In this document: one piece after another, positions 31,778 through 41,984 of the stretch | How positions within the stretch are numbered: the first letter of the stretch is position 1 | How the letters are laid out: each line of letters starts with the position of its first letter | From: Methanobacteriota archaeon | GTDB taxonomy: Archaea; Methanobacteriota; Methanobacteria; Methanobacteriales; Methanobacteriaceae | NCBI GenBank assembly: GCA_963787255.1 | Contig: CAWBCJ010000001.1 | Coordinates: 80,122-144,121, forward strand | Direction: 5' to 3' | DNA: 64,000 nucleotides | Notes under the pieces: generated by a model | Told to the model about the DNA's origin: nothing | The model's input: the letters and a program-made list of their open reading frames with translations, nothing else | The model's database searches: none | Position numbers and translations under genes: made by a program

Positions 31778-32638
31778 TCTAAATCCTCTTTTACCTGTTT
31801 AAATCATTTTAACAATCTATTCTGCAGCTCAAAAATTTTTTTTATTTTGAGCGAGGACTTTTTGATCAATCTATTTTTTTTACTTAAAAATTTATTATAA
31901 ACTTATTCATCTTGGAAACTATTCTTTTCTTCTTTTTAGGTTTAACTTTTTTCATAAATTTTATTATGATGGGGAGATATAGTTATATTGCTGGCATGGT
32001 TTTTTTAGGAGAGGATTTTAGAATATTACCTACCGAAAAAATATATAAATTCTTTCCCATTTTTTTTATCCATGCTGGCATTAAAATTAATAATTTATAA
32101 TTCTGGAAAAGCAAATTAAATTTCTATCTTTTTCATCTTTTACTTGAAATCTTAGACACCCCCAAACCACTAATCCTTATTGTTTCTCCCTTGCGTCTTG
32201 CTCTTAAAAATTCCTTTGAGCTTCTTTAACAGCTTCCATTAAGTGCATATACTTTGTTTCAGGTGAAATTACAAATATTAAACCTGAAATGAGTCTTATC
32301 AATCATAATCCCATAATTTCTTTAAACCCTTTCTTTGATTCCTTCTCCAAGGTGGCAATATACTTCCTTTGGCGTTCTAGAAGTATTTTAAGTTCCTTAA
32401 ACCCTTCTAAGCAGTAACAAATTAACTCAAAAACGCCATATATTTAACAAAAACGCAATACTAAATTACAAAATTTGTTAATACTTCCTATTTTAAGTTT
32501 ATAATACTTTCCATTTATTACAAAAAGATTTTAACTTGTATTAAGCTCTTATTTAATCAAACATTCAATAGATAATTATTTTATATATTAAGAGCCTAAA
32601 GATTTGTAATAATATATAAATAGCAGGTGTTGAAATAG

Positions 32639-33922
32639 TTGACAGAATCAGATCCAGTAATGAGTTTTCACCTAATGGCAAAGCCAAACGGAGCCCTATG
32701 TAATTTAAACTGTAAATATTGTTTTTATACTCCTAAAAAGGAATTATATCCAGATATCAAAATGGGAATGTCTGATGAAGTTTTGGAATCATACACGCGC
32801 CAATATATTAATGCAACACATATTCCGGAGATTACATTTTCCTGGCAGGGCGGTGAACCAACTCTCATTGGTATTGAATTTTTTAAAAAAGCAGTAAAAT
32901 ATCAGGAAAAGTACAAAAAACCAGGAATGCAAATAAACAATAATATTCAAACCAATGGAATTCTCTTAGATGATGAATGGTGCCAATTTTTCAGGGAAAA
33001 TAATTTTTTGGTAGGAATAAGTATTGATGGTCCCAAAGAATTTCATGATGCATATAGAAAGGATAAGGAAGGAAATCCTTCTTTTGATAAGGTAATGCAA
33101 GCTATAAGGCTCATGCAGAATCATGGAGTGGATTTTAATATTTTAGCCACTGTAAATAGGCTAAACGCTGATCATCCCCTGGAAGTTTACAAATTTTTCA
33201 AAGAAGAAATAGGTGCACAATTTATACAATTCATACCCATTGTAGAATTTGATAGTTCAGATGGAAATATTGATGTTTCAAGTGAATCAGTGCTTCCTGA
33301 ACAGTATGGTGACTTTTTAATAGCTATTTTTGATGAATGGGTGAAAAATGATGTGGGGAATGTTTATGTACAGATCTTTGATGCCGCCTTGGCTTCATGG
33401 GTTGATTATCCTCCATCTGTGTGTTTATTTGCTCCAACTTGTGGAACTGCAATGATTATAGAACATAATGGTGATTTGTATTCTTGTGATCATTTTGTAG
33501 ATTCTGAGCATTTATTGGGCAATATTATGGAAACTACACTAGAAGAATTGGTATCATCTTCCCAACAGTTACATTTTGGATTAGATAAGACAGATAAACT
33601 TCCAAAAAAATGCGTTCAATGCGATTATAAATTTGCTTGCTGGGGTGCCTGCCCAAAACATAGATTTTTGAAAGATGAAACAGGTGAAGAAGGGTTAAAT
33701 TATCTTTGTCAGGGTTATAAAAAGTTTTTTAGCCATATCAATTGGCCTATGCAGATTATGGCTTCAATATTTAACCAAGGAAGAGCTCCAGCTGAGATCA
33801 TGACTATTCTAGATGGGAAAAACAGTAATTTAAAGGATGCATTTCCTAATATTGGCCGTAATGACCATTGTCCCTGTGGAAGCGGGCTAAAATTTAAGAA
33901 ATGTCACGGAAAATCAAGATAG
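32639..33922 (+). CDS. Anaerobic sulfatase-maturating enzyme (radical SAM/SPASM) with C-terminal SEC-C motif
   Basis: CNLNCKYC, WQGGEP, SPASM cysteines (YSCDH, C..C.....C.GACP), GRNDHCPCGSG.KFKKCHG. Confidence 0.95.
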   Translation: MTESDPVMSFHLMAKPNGALCNLNCKYCFYTPKKELYPDIKMGMSDEVLESYTRQYINATHIPEITFSWQGGEPTLIGIEFFKKAVKYQEKYKKPGMQINNNIQTNGILLDDEWCQFFRENNFLVGISIDGPKEFHDAYRKDKEGNPSFDKVMQAIRLMQNHGVDFNILATVNRLNADHPLEVYKFFKEEIGAQFIQFIPIVEFDSSDGNIDVSSESVLPEQYGDFLIAIFDEWVKNDVGNVYVQIFDAALASWVDYPPSVCLFAPTCGTAMIIEHNGDLYSCDHFVDSEHLLGNIMETTLEELVSSSQQLHFGLDKTDKLPKKCVQCDYKFACWGACPKHRFLKDETGEEGLNYLCQGYKKFFSHINWPMQIMASIFNQGRAPAEIMTILDGKNSNLKDAFPNIGRNDHCPCGSGLKFKKCHGKSR

Positions 33923-34032
33923 TTTCAGAATTTTTTTTTAATTGAAATATTAAATCGCTTATTTAAAAAATATAATTATTTATCAAACTTTTAATAAATA
34001 TATGATAAGTATTATTAAAAGGAGAATGTTGA

Positions 34033-36942
34033 ATGAGCAAGGAAGATAAGAATGATGGAAACAACATCGTTATCATGGCCGGCTATCAGGCCATCGAACC
34101 GGCTGAGAAAGACTTCGATCAGCTTACACAACTAGCAAAGGACAAAAAAATTAAGACTGAAGGTATGATCCTTGTCCAGAATGACATGGAAGGTAAAGTG
34201 AGTGTCACAGAGACTGGGGACCATCTCGGTCGTAAAGGAATGGGCTGGGGTGGTGGTGTCGGACTTTTAGTAGGTTTAGCCGCGCCACCACTTTTAGGCG
34301 CGGTTGCAGTGGGCGCTGCAGCCGGTGGCCTTATTGGCAAATTCACCAGGAAAAAGATGAAAAGTGGGATTGAGGAAGGACTTGGTGATAAGCTCAAGCC
34401 AGGAACAGCAGCTATCATCACCATAATCGAGGAAAAGGATAAATTAGCAGCTGAACAGGCACTTTCAGGCTCACCTGCAAAATCTGTTGCCCCGATAAAG
34501 GGTCTTAAGGGGCTTAAAGAAGCCCTGGCAGAGGCAGGAGGTAAATTCAACCCTGACCGTACTATATTACCAATTCCTGACCGTAGTTTTGGTGGGACAA
34601 TGGGTCGTACCATAGATAAATCAGTTCCTGACTGGACCATCATCCCTCATGTCCAGCCTCCCGAGGATGCCCCTAATGTCCTAGTTATTCTCATTGATGA
34701 TGCGGGTTTTGGAAATCCAGATACATTTGGTGGGCCAATTAGGACTCCCAGCCTCAACCGGGTGCAAGAAATGGGTGTTACATACAATAGATTCCATGTG
34801 ACAGCAGTATGCTCCCCAACACGTGCTGCATTGCTCACTGGTCGCAATCAGCACAGGGTAGGATTTGGCATGGTAGCCGAGTTTCCTGGTCCTTTCCCTG
34901 GCTACTCAACAGCCAGACCAAGAAGCTGCACACCATTCCCCCGTATCTTACAGGAGAACGGTTACGTTACAAGCGGATTCGGAAAATGGCACCTCACACC
35001 AGATAATGTCCAAGGTGCAGCAGGATCTTTCGATCACTGGCCACTATCATGGGGATTCGACCACTATTGGGGTTTCTTGAGTGGTGCAGCCGGCCAGTAT
35101 GATCCCATCATCACGCAAGACAACTACACATTAGGCGTACCGGAATGTGAGGACAAACAGTACTACTTCCCAGATGACTTGTCTGATAAAGCTATAGAAT
35201 GGTTACACGCAGTACGTGCCCAAGATGCGAGCAAACCATGGATGATGTACTACTCCACTGGATGTGCACATGCACCACATCATGTAGCGAAAGAATGGGC
35301 AGATAAATATAAAGGTAAGTTCGATGAAGGCTGGGATAAACACCGTGAAGAAGTTTTTGAGCGGCAAAAAAAGATGGGTATCATACCCCCAGACACAGAA
35401 CTGACCGAGCGACCTGATCTATTCCCTGCATGGGACTCTCTAAGCGATGCAGAGAAGGAACTCTTCGCAAGGCAAATGGAAGTTTATGCAGGATTTTCAG
35501 AGAATGCTGACTGGAATGTAGGCAGACTTCTAGATGCTATTGAAGAAATGGGCGACCTTGACAACACTCTCATTTTCTACATTTGGGGTGACAACGGTGC
35601 CAGTATGGAGGGTACACTTACTGGTTCTTTCAACGAGATGACTTTCCTTAATGGTATTCCCCTCGATGCCGAACAGCAATTAAAACTCATCGACAAATAC
35701 GGAGGGATCGAAGCCCTCGGCGGTATTAATTCTGCACCCCATTATGCAGCAGCATGGGCCCATGCCGGAAACACTCCATTCCAGTGGGGTAAACAGATGG
35801 CTAGCCACCTGGGAGGAACACGAAACCCCATGGTCGTGGCATGGCCTGATAAAATCAAACCAAGTAGTAATATTCGATCTCAGTTCACCCATTGCAATGA
35901 TATTGGCCCCACTATTCTCGAAGCAGTAGGAATACCTGAACCCAAGATGGTTGACGGCATCGAACAGGAACCTATGGACGGCACCAGCTTTTTGTATACC
36001 TTCGACGATAGCAGTGCGGATGAACGTCATAACGTACAGTACTTCGAGGCTATAGGCAGCCGGGCCATTTATAAAGATGGCTGGTGGGCATGTACTCGAC
36101 TGGATAAAGCTCCATGGGATTTATCTCCCGAAACACTTCGAAAATTCGCTCCAGGGGTTTATGACCCAGAAAAGGATGTTTGGGAATTATACAATCTTCA
36201 TGATGACTTTTCACAGGCGAATGATCTGGCATCCAAGTATCCCGATAAGCTCAAGGAGCTACAAGACCTTTGGTGGGAAGAAGCTGAAAGAAACAAAGTA
36301 TTACCGCTTTTAGGGGGCTTATCTGTCTTTTTCGATATTTTACCGCCCATGCCTACTATCACCCGATTCAACTTCGCTGGCGATGTCCAGAATGTGCAAC
36401 GCGGTATGATCCCGCGAATCCAGGGACGTTCGTACGCTATCGAAGCCGAACTTCAAGTACCTGATGAAGGTGCAGAAGGTGTGATTCTAGCTAATGCAGA
36501 CTTCATCGGTGGTTTTGGACTATGGGTAAACGACAAGGGTATTTTAAACCACACATATTCATTCCTTGGTGTGGAAACATATAGACAGGAATCCACCGAG
36601 AAAATCCCAACAGGTGATGTTAATATAAAAATGTTGTTCGAGGCTGACAAGCCCCAACCCGGTACCGGAGGGCATGTAACCTTGTTTGCTAATGGTAAGA
36701 AGATTGGTGAGGGCAAGATTCCAAGGACCGTGCCTATAATGTTTACAAGCTATGGGGGCATGGATGTGGGCCGTGACAACGGTCTGGTCGTTGACAGGGA
36801 TTATGAGGATAAGGCACCTTATGCTTTTACAGGTACAGTCAAGAAAGTGGTTTTCGACCTCAAACCCAACACATACGAGGATGAAAAAGAACTGCATAAG
36901 ATAGAATCACAGGCAAATATTGGCCACGGAGCCGCCGGTTGA
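34033..36942 (+). CDS. Cys-type arylsulfatase with N-terminal DUF1269-like domain and C-terminal beta (LamG-like) domain
   Basis: PNVLVILIDD, formylglycine motif CSPTRAALLTGR, FGKWH, HAPHH, GDNG; the N-terminal ~170 aa contain the Gly-zipper GMGWGGGVGLLVGL...GAAAGGLIG. Confidence 0.92.
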   Translation: MSKEDKNDGNNIVIMAGYQAIEPAEKDFDQLTQLAKDKKIKTEGMILVQNDMEGKVSVTETGDHLGRKGMGWGGGVGLLVGLAAPPLLGAVAVGAAAGGLIGKFTRKKMKSGIEEGLGDKLKPGTAAIITIIEEKDKLAAEQALSGSPAKSVAPIKGLKGLKEALAEAGGKFNPDRTILPIPDRSFGGTMGRTIDKSVPDWTIIPHVQPPEDAPNVLVILIDDAGFGNPDTFGGPIRTPSLNRVQEMGVTYNRFHVTAVCSPTRAALLTGRNQHRVGFGMVAEFPGPFPGYSTARPRSCTPFPRILQENGYVTSGFGKWHLTPDNVQGAAGSFDHWPLSWGFDHYWGFLSGAAGQYDPIITQDNYTLGVPECEDKQYYFPDDLSDKAIEWLHAVRAQDASKPWMMYYSTGCAHAPHHVAKEWADKYKGKFDEGWDKHREEVFERQKKMGIIPPDTELTERPDLFPAWDSLSDAEKELFARQMEVYAGFSENADWNVGRLLDAIEEMGDLDNTLIFYIWGDNGASMEGTLTGSFNEMTFLNGIPLDAEQQLKLIDKYGGIEALGGINSAPHYAAAWAHAGNTPFQWGKQMASHLGGTRNPMVVAWPDKIKPSSNIRSQFTHCNDIGPTILEAVGIPEPKMVDGIEQEPMDGTSFLYTFDDSSADERHNVQYFEAIGSRAIYKDGWWACTRLDKAPWDLSPETLRKFAPGVYDPEKDVWELYNLHDDFSQANDLASKYPDKLKELQDLWWEEAERNKVLPLLGGLSVFFDILPPMPTITRFNFAGDVQNVQRGMIPRIQGRSYAIEAELQVPDEGAEGVILANADFIGGFGLWVNDKGILNHTYSFLGVETYRQESTEKIPTGDVNIKMLFEADKPQPGTGGHVTLFANGKKIGEGKIPRTVPIMFTSYGGMDVGRDNGLVVDRDYEDKAPYAFTGTVKKVVFDLKPNTYEDEKELHKIESQANIGHGAAG

Positions 36943-37013
36943 ATTAAGGTTATTCAAGTGATCCCGATTAATGGGTTTGCATCCCATACCATACATTGAT
37001 GAGGATAGTCTCA

Positions 37014-38693
37014 TCATTCTTTTATTTTTTTTGAGCTCCAATTTTTTATACAATCTCCAATGTTTATGCAAACGTTAATTTCGCCGATTTCTAGTTCTGT
37101 TTTCATGAAAGCATCCCTTACTGGATTTGAGATGTTGGCTGCTTTGATGATGATGCCTCTACTTTTCAATTCTTTGATGAGTTCATCTAACATTTCAATA
37201 CCGGTTATATCAATAAATGATGTAAACTCTAAATCTAATACAAGGAGTTTCGTATCTCTATATTCATGATCTAATAGATTTAGCATTTTGTTTTTTATAC
37301 TATCTGCATTTAGGAATATTTGAGAGCCATCTAGCTTAATGATGAGCACGGCTGGAATTTGGATGTTTTTAGGGTGGCTTTTTATGTCTTTATAGTTATC
37401 TGTGCCTGGAACTTGGCCTAATATAGCTATATGTGGTTTTTTAATTTTGTTAATGAGTACCAAGATGGATAATATAATGCCGATTATTAATCCTTGTATA
37501 GTTCCAAAAATAAGAACGGATAATAAAGTTAAAATGGCAATGGCAAACTCTATACGACTAAAATTATATATAAGTCGAAAATGGGGAATATCAATGAGTC
37601 CTCTTATGGCAAAAATTACTATTGCTGCCAGTATGGTCTCTGGTAGATTGAAAAATAAACTTGTTAAGAAAACTAAAACTACCAAAATGAATAATCCTGA
37701 TATTCCTCCCGCAAGCGGCGTTTTAGCTCCACTCTCATTGTTTACTGCGGTTCTAGAGACGCTCCCTCCAACGGGAAATCCATGGAACAGGCCTACAGCA
37801 ACATTAGATGCTCCTAAAGCTAACAATTCTCTATTGGCATCAATTTTGTACCGATTTTTTATAGCGTAGTTAGTAGCTACACCATAACCCTCACTGTAAC
37901 TTAAAATAAAAACTGCCACTGCTAAAGTTATAAGTGTATTGACATCAATTAAACTTGTTTCTGGAAAAACTAGTGCAGGTAATCCTTGAGGTATTGTTCC
38001 CACCACATTAATCCCTAAATTAGTCAGATTGGTGACTGTTAGGAGTATTATTGATCCTAATATTAAAATTAGGGTGTTGGGTAGTTTAGGAAACTTTTTC
38101 GTTGCAATAATTAAAAATAAGAGCCCTCCCACTCCAAAGACCAGTGTGGCAAAGTTAGTTTGATCAATATGCAATATCAAATATGAGATACGCTGGAAAA
38201 AATTACCAGAAGCTCCACTTATCCCAAATAGTATGGGCAGCTGCCCTGAAGCGATAAATAAAGCTAAACCCGCTACAAAACCAATCAAAACAGTTTTTGA
38301 TATATATCTAATAATAAATCCCAAACGTAACATCCAGGAGATGAGGGCAAAAACACCTACCATAACTGCTATTAAAGATGCAATAAGAGCATATTGTCCA
38401 GCATTTACTATCAAAAGTGACCCTAATGTGGAGCCAATCAATATGGAAAGAGCTGAGGTAGGTCCCATTGATAATTGACGAGAAGTTCCAAAAATAACAT
38501 AAACTAATAAGCCAATCATTGCTGAATACAAACCTGCTTCAGGGGGTAAACCAGCTAAAGATGCATATGCAATGGCTTCAGGAATGGTGAAAGCAACTAC
38601 TGTAATACCAGCTAAAATATCAGGACGAAGCCATTCTTTATTATAAGAACGGGCCCATTTGACTACAGGCAAGATAGATGAAACATTTAACAT
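37014..38693 (-). CDS. SulP family sulfate/anion permease with STAS domain
   Basis: DILAGITV...IPEAIAYA.LAGLPP..GLY, GTSRQLSMGP, GSVSRT, C-terminal FIDITG STAS motif. Confidence 0.95.
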   Translation of the reverse strand: MLNVSSILPVVKWARSYNKEWLRPDILAGITVVAFTIPEAIAYASLAGLPPEAGLYSAMIGLLVYVIFGTSRQLSMGPTSALSILIGSTLGSLLIVNAGQYALIASLIAVMVGVFALISWMLRLGFIIRYISKTVLIGFVAGLALFIASGQLPILFGISGASGNFFQRISYLILHIDQTNFATLVFGVGGLLFLIIATKKFPKLPNTLILILGSIILLTVTNLTNLGINVVGTIPQGLPALVFPETSLIDVNTLITLAVAVFILSYSEGYGVATNYAIKNRYKIDANRELLALGASNVAVGLFHGFPVGGSVSRTAVNNESGAKTPLAGGISGLFILVVLVFLTSLFFNLPETILAAIVIFAIRGLIDIPHFRLIYNFSRIEFAIAILTLLSVLIFGTIQGLIIGIILSILVLINKIKKPHIAILGQVPGTDNYKDIKSHPKNIQIPAVLIIKLDGSQIFLNADSIKNKMLNLLDHEYRDTKLLVLDLEFTSFIDITGIEMLDELIKELKSRGIIIKAANISNPVRDAFMKTELEIGEINVCINIGDCIKNWSSKKIKE

Positions 38694-38755
38694 ACAATCT
38701 CCTAATATTTACAAGTTATATAAGTGCCCAAAAAAAAGAATTGAAAAAAGATTAT

Positions 38756-38971
38756 TTAGTCAAATAGCAAATCATACTCTTCTTCGGTAATTACTCCCTT
38801 ATTCCTTAATAGTTTTGCTAATTGCTTTAATTTATCTGAATTATCTGGTGCAATAAGAGTTTCAGTTTCTCCAGATGGTTCTTCTGGCTTATTCATTTCA
38901 TTCATTGCACCCATCCTTCTTCTTGTTCTTCTTCGAGCTCCTCCTCTTCCTCCAGGTCCTAAATCTGGCAT
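38756..38971 (-). CDS. Small SHOCT-domain protein with Arg/Gly-rich N-terminus
   Basis: GGAGTGA RBS; GGRGGARRRTRRR; C-terminal DKLKQLAKL...GVITEEEY. Confidence 0.75.
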   Translation of the reverse strand: MPDLGPGGRGGARRRTRRRMGAMNEMNKPEEPSGETETLIAPDNSDKLKQLAKLLRNKGVITEEEYDLLFD

Positions 38972-39033
38972 AATATCACTCCTTATTAAGTAAATTATAT
39001 TACATAAATGGGTTTAACTTGTCAATTATAGAA

Positions 39034-39192
39034 TTATCCTCCTGACATTAGGGAAACAATACCTCCAATGATCAGTAATATTGCTGCTAACCAAGCATAT
39101 ATGTAGATGAACGCTGGAAGTACCAAGATAACGATTGCGATAATAATACCAAGCACTAACATCGCACCACCACTCATTTGTGCATTTTGCAT
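39034..39192 (-). CDS. 52-aa two-TM membrane microprotein (not in the ORF track)
   Basis: GGAGGTGA RBS, then MQNAQMSGGAMLVLGIIIAIVILVLPAFIYIYAWLAAILLIIGGIVSLMSGG*. Confidence 0.75.
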   Translation of the reverse strand: MQNAQMSGGAMLVLGIIIAIVILVLPAFIYIYAWLAAILLIIGGIVSLMSGG

Positions 39193-39259
39193 TTATATTC
39201 ACCTCCCCTATACTTTAATCCTCTAATTATTTTTTTTAATCAAAGAAAAAAATAATTTT

Positions 39260-39622
39260 TTATTCGAGTTCTAATTTAATACCGCCAATTCTGGGCGCTA
39301 AGTAGTTGTACAGTAAGAATGCTATAGCTGTTGCTATAAATGTTCCAATGAATGCCATAATAGGCCAAACTATGATTAAATATAAAGCCCCCATACCAGT
39401 AATTGAAGCAGCGACTGAATTCACGACAGCAGCAGTTTCAGGTTTTAAACTGATAATAATGGTACTTATTTGGTATATTGTTGCATATCCGACAATGAAG
39501 TATAGGATTCCCGCTATGAATGATAAAATCAAAGCAATCACTGACACTATCAATGAAAAATCAAATACTGGTACAGATTTCACAGTTTTAACCATGGATT
39601 TTACTTCTTTAGTTTCTTCCAT
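39260..39622 (-). CDS. DUF3566-like membrane protein
   Basis: GGAGGTGA RBS; VKSVPV, two TMs, LYNYLAPRIGGIKLEL. Confidence 0.75.
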   Translation of the reverse strand: MEETKEVKSMVKTVKSVPVFDFSLIVSVIALILSFIAGILYFIVGYATIYQISTIIISLKPETAAVVNSVAASITGMGALYLIIVWPIMAFIGTFIATAIAFLLYNYLAPRIGGIKLELE

Positions 39623-39820
39623 TTGTTTCACCTCCTTTTTTTATGAATCATAAAAATTCCATACTTATTTATATCTTTAATTGTATATATAATTAATAAT
39701 TTATTAACTGAACTGTAATATAATTGATAAAAAGAATTTTAATAGGGTGAAAAAATTGACCCTAAACATAATTATCATTTAATGGATATGAAACCCCTTA
39801 AAATTGTGTTGAGGAGGATA

Positions 39821-40078
39821 ATGGTGATAAAAATGAGAATAAATGAACAAATAAAAGGAAAAGAAGTTGTAGACAGTTCTGGAATGCTAGTTGGTAAAGT
39901 AAAGGACATTGAAGTAAACTGGGCCAATAACGAAATTGAAGCAATTGTATTAGGAAAAGGAGGCATTTCTGAAAGTTTAGGTTTATCCAAAGAAGAAAAT
40001 ATCATTCCCTACGACATGATTAAACAAATCGGAGACAAAATACTCCTAAAAGAAAATATAAACGAACCAGAAATATAA
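39821..40078 (+). CDS. PRC-barrel domain protein (start may be 39833)
   Basis: IKGKEVVDSSG.LVGKVKDIE...IIPYDMIKQIGDKILL. Confidence 0.9.
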   Translation: MVIKMRINEQIKGKEVVDSSGMLVGKVKDIEVNWANNEIEAIVLGKGGISESLGLSKEENIIPYDMIKQIGDKILLKENINEPEI

Positions 40079-40136
40079 TTTCTTAAATAAATAACCATTT
40101 TAAGTTTTAAAAAAAATAATAAAAAGGGGAATAAGT

Positions 40137-40568
40137 ATGGCTGATGCAGCTACCGCAATTTCAGAAAACATTGTTCCAATAATAATGGCAGTACTAGCAG
40201 CTATAGTAATCATAATCGTTGTATTACAATGGAAAAAAGTAAGAGAAACCCAAAACAATGTAGCATTAGTTGATAAACAGGTGGAACTTAAAAAAATATC
40301 CCTAGTAGAAAAAGACATTGAAACAAAAAGAATAATGGAAAATGTTATACCTCTACCTAAGGAACAGCAGGAAGAACTTGCTAATATAAGAAGGAATACT
40401 TCGGATATCATGCACAAAGTTGGGTTTCTCCACAGTGAAATAGGCGAAAGAGTTGCTCGCCTGGAAGCTAAAGCAGAATACGGGAAACTTCAAAAATTAA
40501 TGAAGGATTTAGAAAAAAAAGAAAAAGATATAGATAAAAAATTTGAAAACACCTCAAGGAGGAAATAA
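40137..40568 (+). CDS. N-terminal TM + coiled-coil protein
   Basis: Single TM ([21 protein letters not shown]), then a charged heptad-rich region. Confidence 0.82.
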   Translation: MADAATAISENIVPIIMAVLAAIVIIIVVLQWKKVRETQNNVALVDKQVELKKISLVEKDIETKRIMENVIPLPKEQQEELANIRRNTSDIMHKVGFLHSEIGERVARLEAKAEYGKLQKLMKDLEKKEKDIDKKFENTSRRK

Positions 40569-40571
40569 ATT

Positions 40572-41207
40572 ATGACAGCTCTGGAACTATTTGCAATTAT
40601 AGTCCTAGCAGGCGCAGTAATTGTACTATTTTACTATTACCTGAGGCAAATGAATAAAACAGGCAATGCTGGCTTCGATACATTCAAATCAAGCTTTACT
40701 GAAGCAAAAAAAGGAGTTTCAGATGCCGGAACCCGTGTCAGCGGAGGAATTTCCCAGCCAAGCGTTGAATCAGCAAAATCAGGAGTTAGTGATGTAGGAA
40801 CCAAGGTTTCAGGAGCAGCAAGCAGTGTTAGTGAAGGAATCTCTAAACAATTCAGCGGCAATAATGTTGAAGGAGAAAGCAAAAAATCAGGAATAAGTGA
40901 AAAAATATCAGGAATCAGTGGAAGCCTAAAGGGAAAAGTTAAAGGAGTGCCTATAAGTACAGATGACCTCTCTGGACGAATTGACGAATTCTTAAATGAT
41001 CAAAGTGATCGGCTTATTAAAGACTGGGAATTAGCCACAAAATCTGATGTAGGCGAGCTTGAAAAGAAATACAGCAAAGTAGCAAGGGACATAGATGAAG
41101 TGGAAAGACGCTTCAATGAATACAGAGGACATGCAAATAAAAAATTTGAACACATTGAAAATAGATTAGATGCTTTAGAGGGTGAAGAAACAGAAACACC
41201 CAAATAA
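40572..41207 (+). CDS. N-terminal TM + Ser/Gly repeat linker + coiled-coil protein
   Basis: AGGAGG RBS; single TM; repeats AKKGVSDAGTRVSG / AKSGVSDVGTKVSG; C-terminal LIKDWELATK.D...RLDALE. Confidence 0.82.
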   Translation: MTALELFAIIVLAGAVIVLFYYYLRQMNKTGNAGFDTFKSSFTEAKKGVSDAGTRVSGGISQPSVESAKSGVSDVGTKVSGAASSVSEGISKQFSGNNVEGESKKSGISEKISGISGSLKGKVKGVPISTDDLSGRIDEFLNDQSDRLIKDWELATKSDVGELEKKYSKVARDIDEVERRFNEYRGHANKKFEHIENRLDALEGEETETPK

Positions 41208-41260
41208 CCTTTTTTCAACATTAAAAAGAAAAAGTATCAAAGTATACTGAATGTGCTTTT

Positions 41261-41293
41261 TTGTGAGTAAAATTTATATACTCCTTTCAAAAC
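41261..41293 (+). repeat. 33-bp direct repeat, left copy (contains TTTATATA)
   Basis: TTGTGAGTAAAATTTATATACTCCTTTCAAAAC; 31/33 identical to 47741-47773. Confidence 0.85.
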
Positions 41294-41424
41294 TATGATA
41301 TTAATATAATGTATGTTACTAAATTGTAGAATATTTTAATAAAATATAGAAAACAAAATTAATACTCTCTAATCAAAAATATGTTATGAGTAAAAACTAG
41401 CCTTAAGAGCTTATCTTATCTATT

Positions 41425-41512
41425 TTAACTGGAGTTCAGACAAACATCTGCACATTCACCACAATCTACACCGTCACAATTTTCATGATCAATTATTTTA
41501 TGGTCTATCTCC
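41425..41512 (-). pseudogene. Truncated 4Fe-4S ferredoxin remnant
   Basis: Reads KIIDHENCDGVDCGECADVCLNSS*. One ferredoxin-like Cys cluster, no start codon, early stop. Confidence 0.65.
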
Positions 41513-41773
41513 TTATTTTACTTTATAGCCAAGTTTTCAGCTACTCCTACTTTTTTAAGTATGATTTGATCAGCCGATCACAGACTTACACTTTAATATG
41601 TATTAATAAATTAATGTTAATTTTTGCTAGACTAAGTTGAACTGATAAAAAAAAAGAAAGATATATCTTTGCTCATAGCCTAACCATAACACACCACAAT
41701 CCATTTTCTTTGCTCCTCTAACTACCCTATTTCACAGGATTTTGATAGCTCTCCAGATATTCAATGTTAATGT

Positions 41774-41793
41774 AACTGAGCATGTGCTCAGTT
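41774..41793. promoter_or_regulatory. Palindromic operator-like site AACTGAGCA-TG-TGCTCAGTT
   Basis: Perfect 9-bp arms, extended by TGTTAA...TTAACA, about 190 bp upstream of the ABC exporter. Confidence 0.6.
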
Positions 41794-41984
41794 TTAACAA
41801 ACATCCAAACAGTCATTGCAAACACAACTTAAATATTGTATGCGATGAATCAATGGAGTATAAAAAATTGGATAAAACCAGTATTGGTTATATTATGGGA
41901 CAATATGGATGAATTAACAAATTTTAGAATAAATTCTCAAAACTTGAATAAATAGTATATAAAAGGTTTTTTAGAGGTGGGAAC

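Noticed and set aside
31850-32420. Possible decayed IS200 tnpA or membrane-protein gene
   Set aside because: Only short protein-like fragments in mixed frames; no HUH or catalytic Tyr motif could be read.
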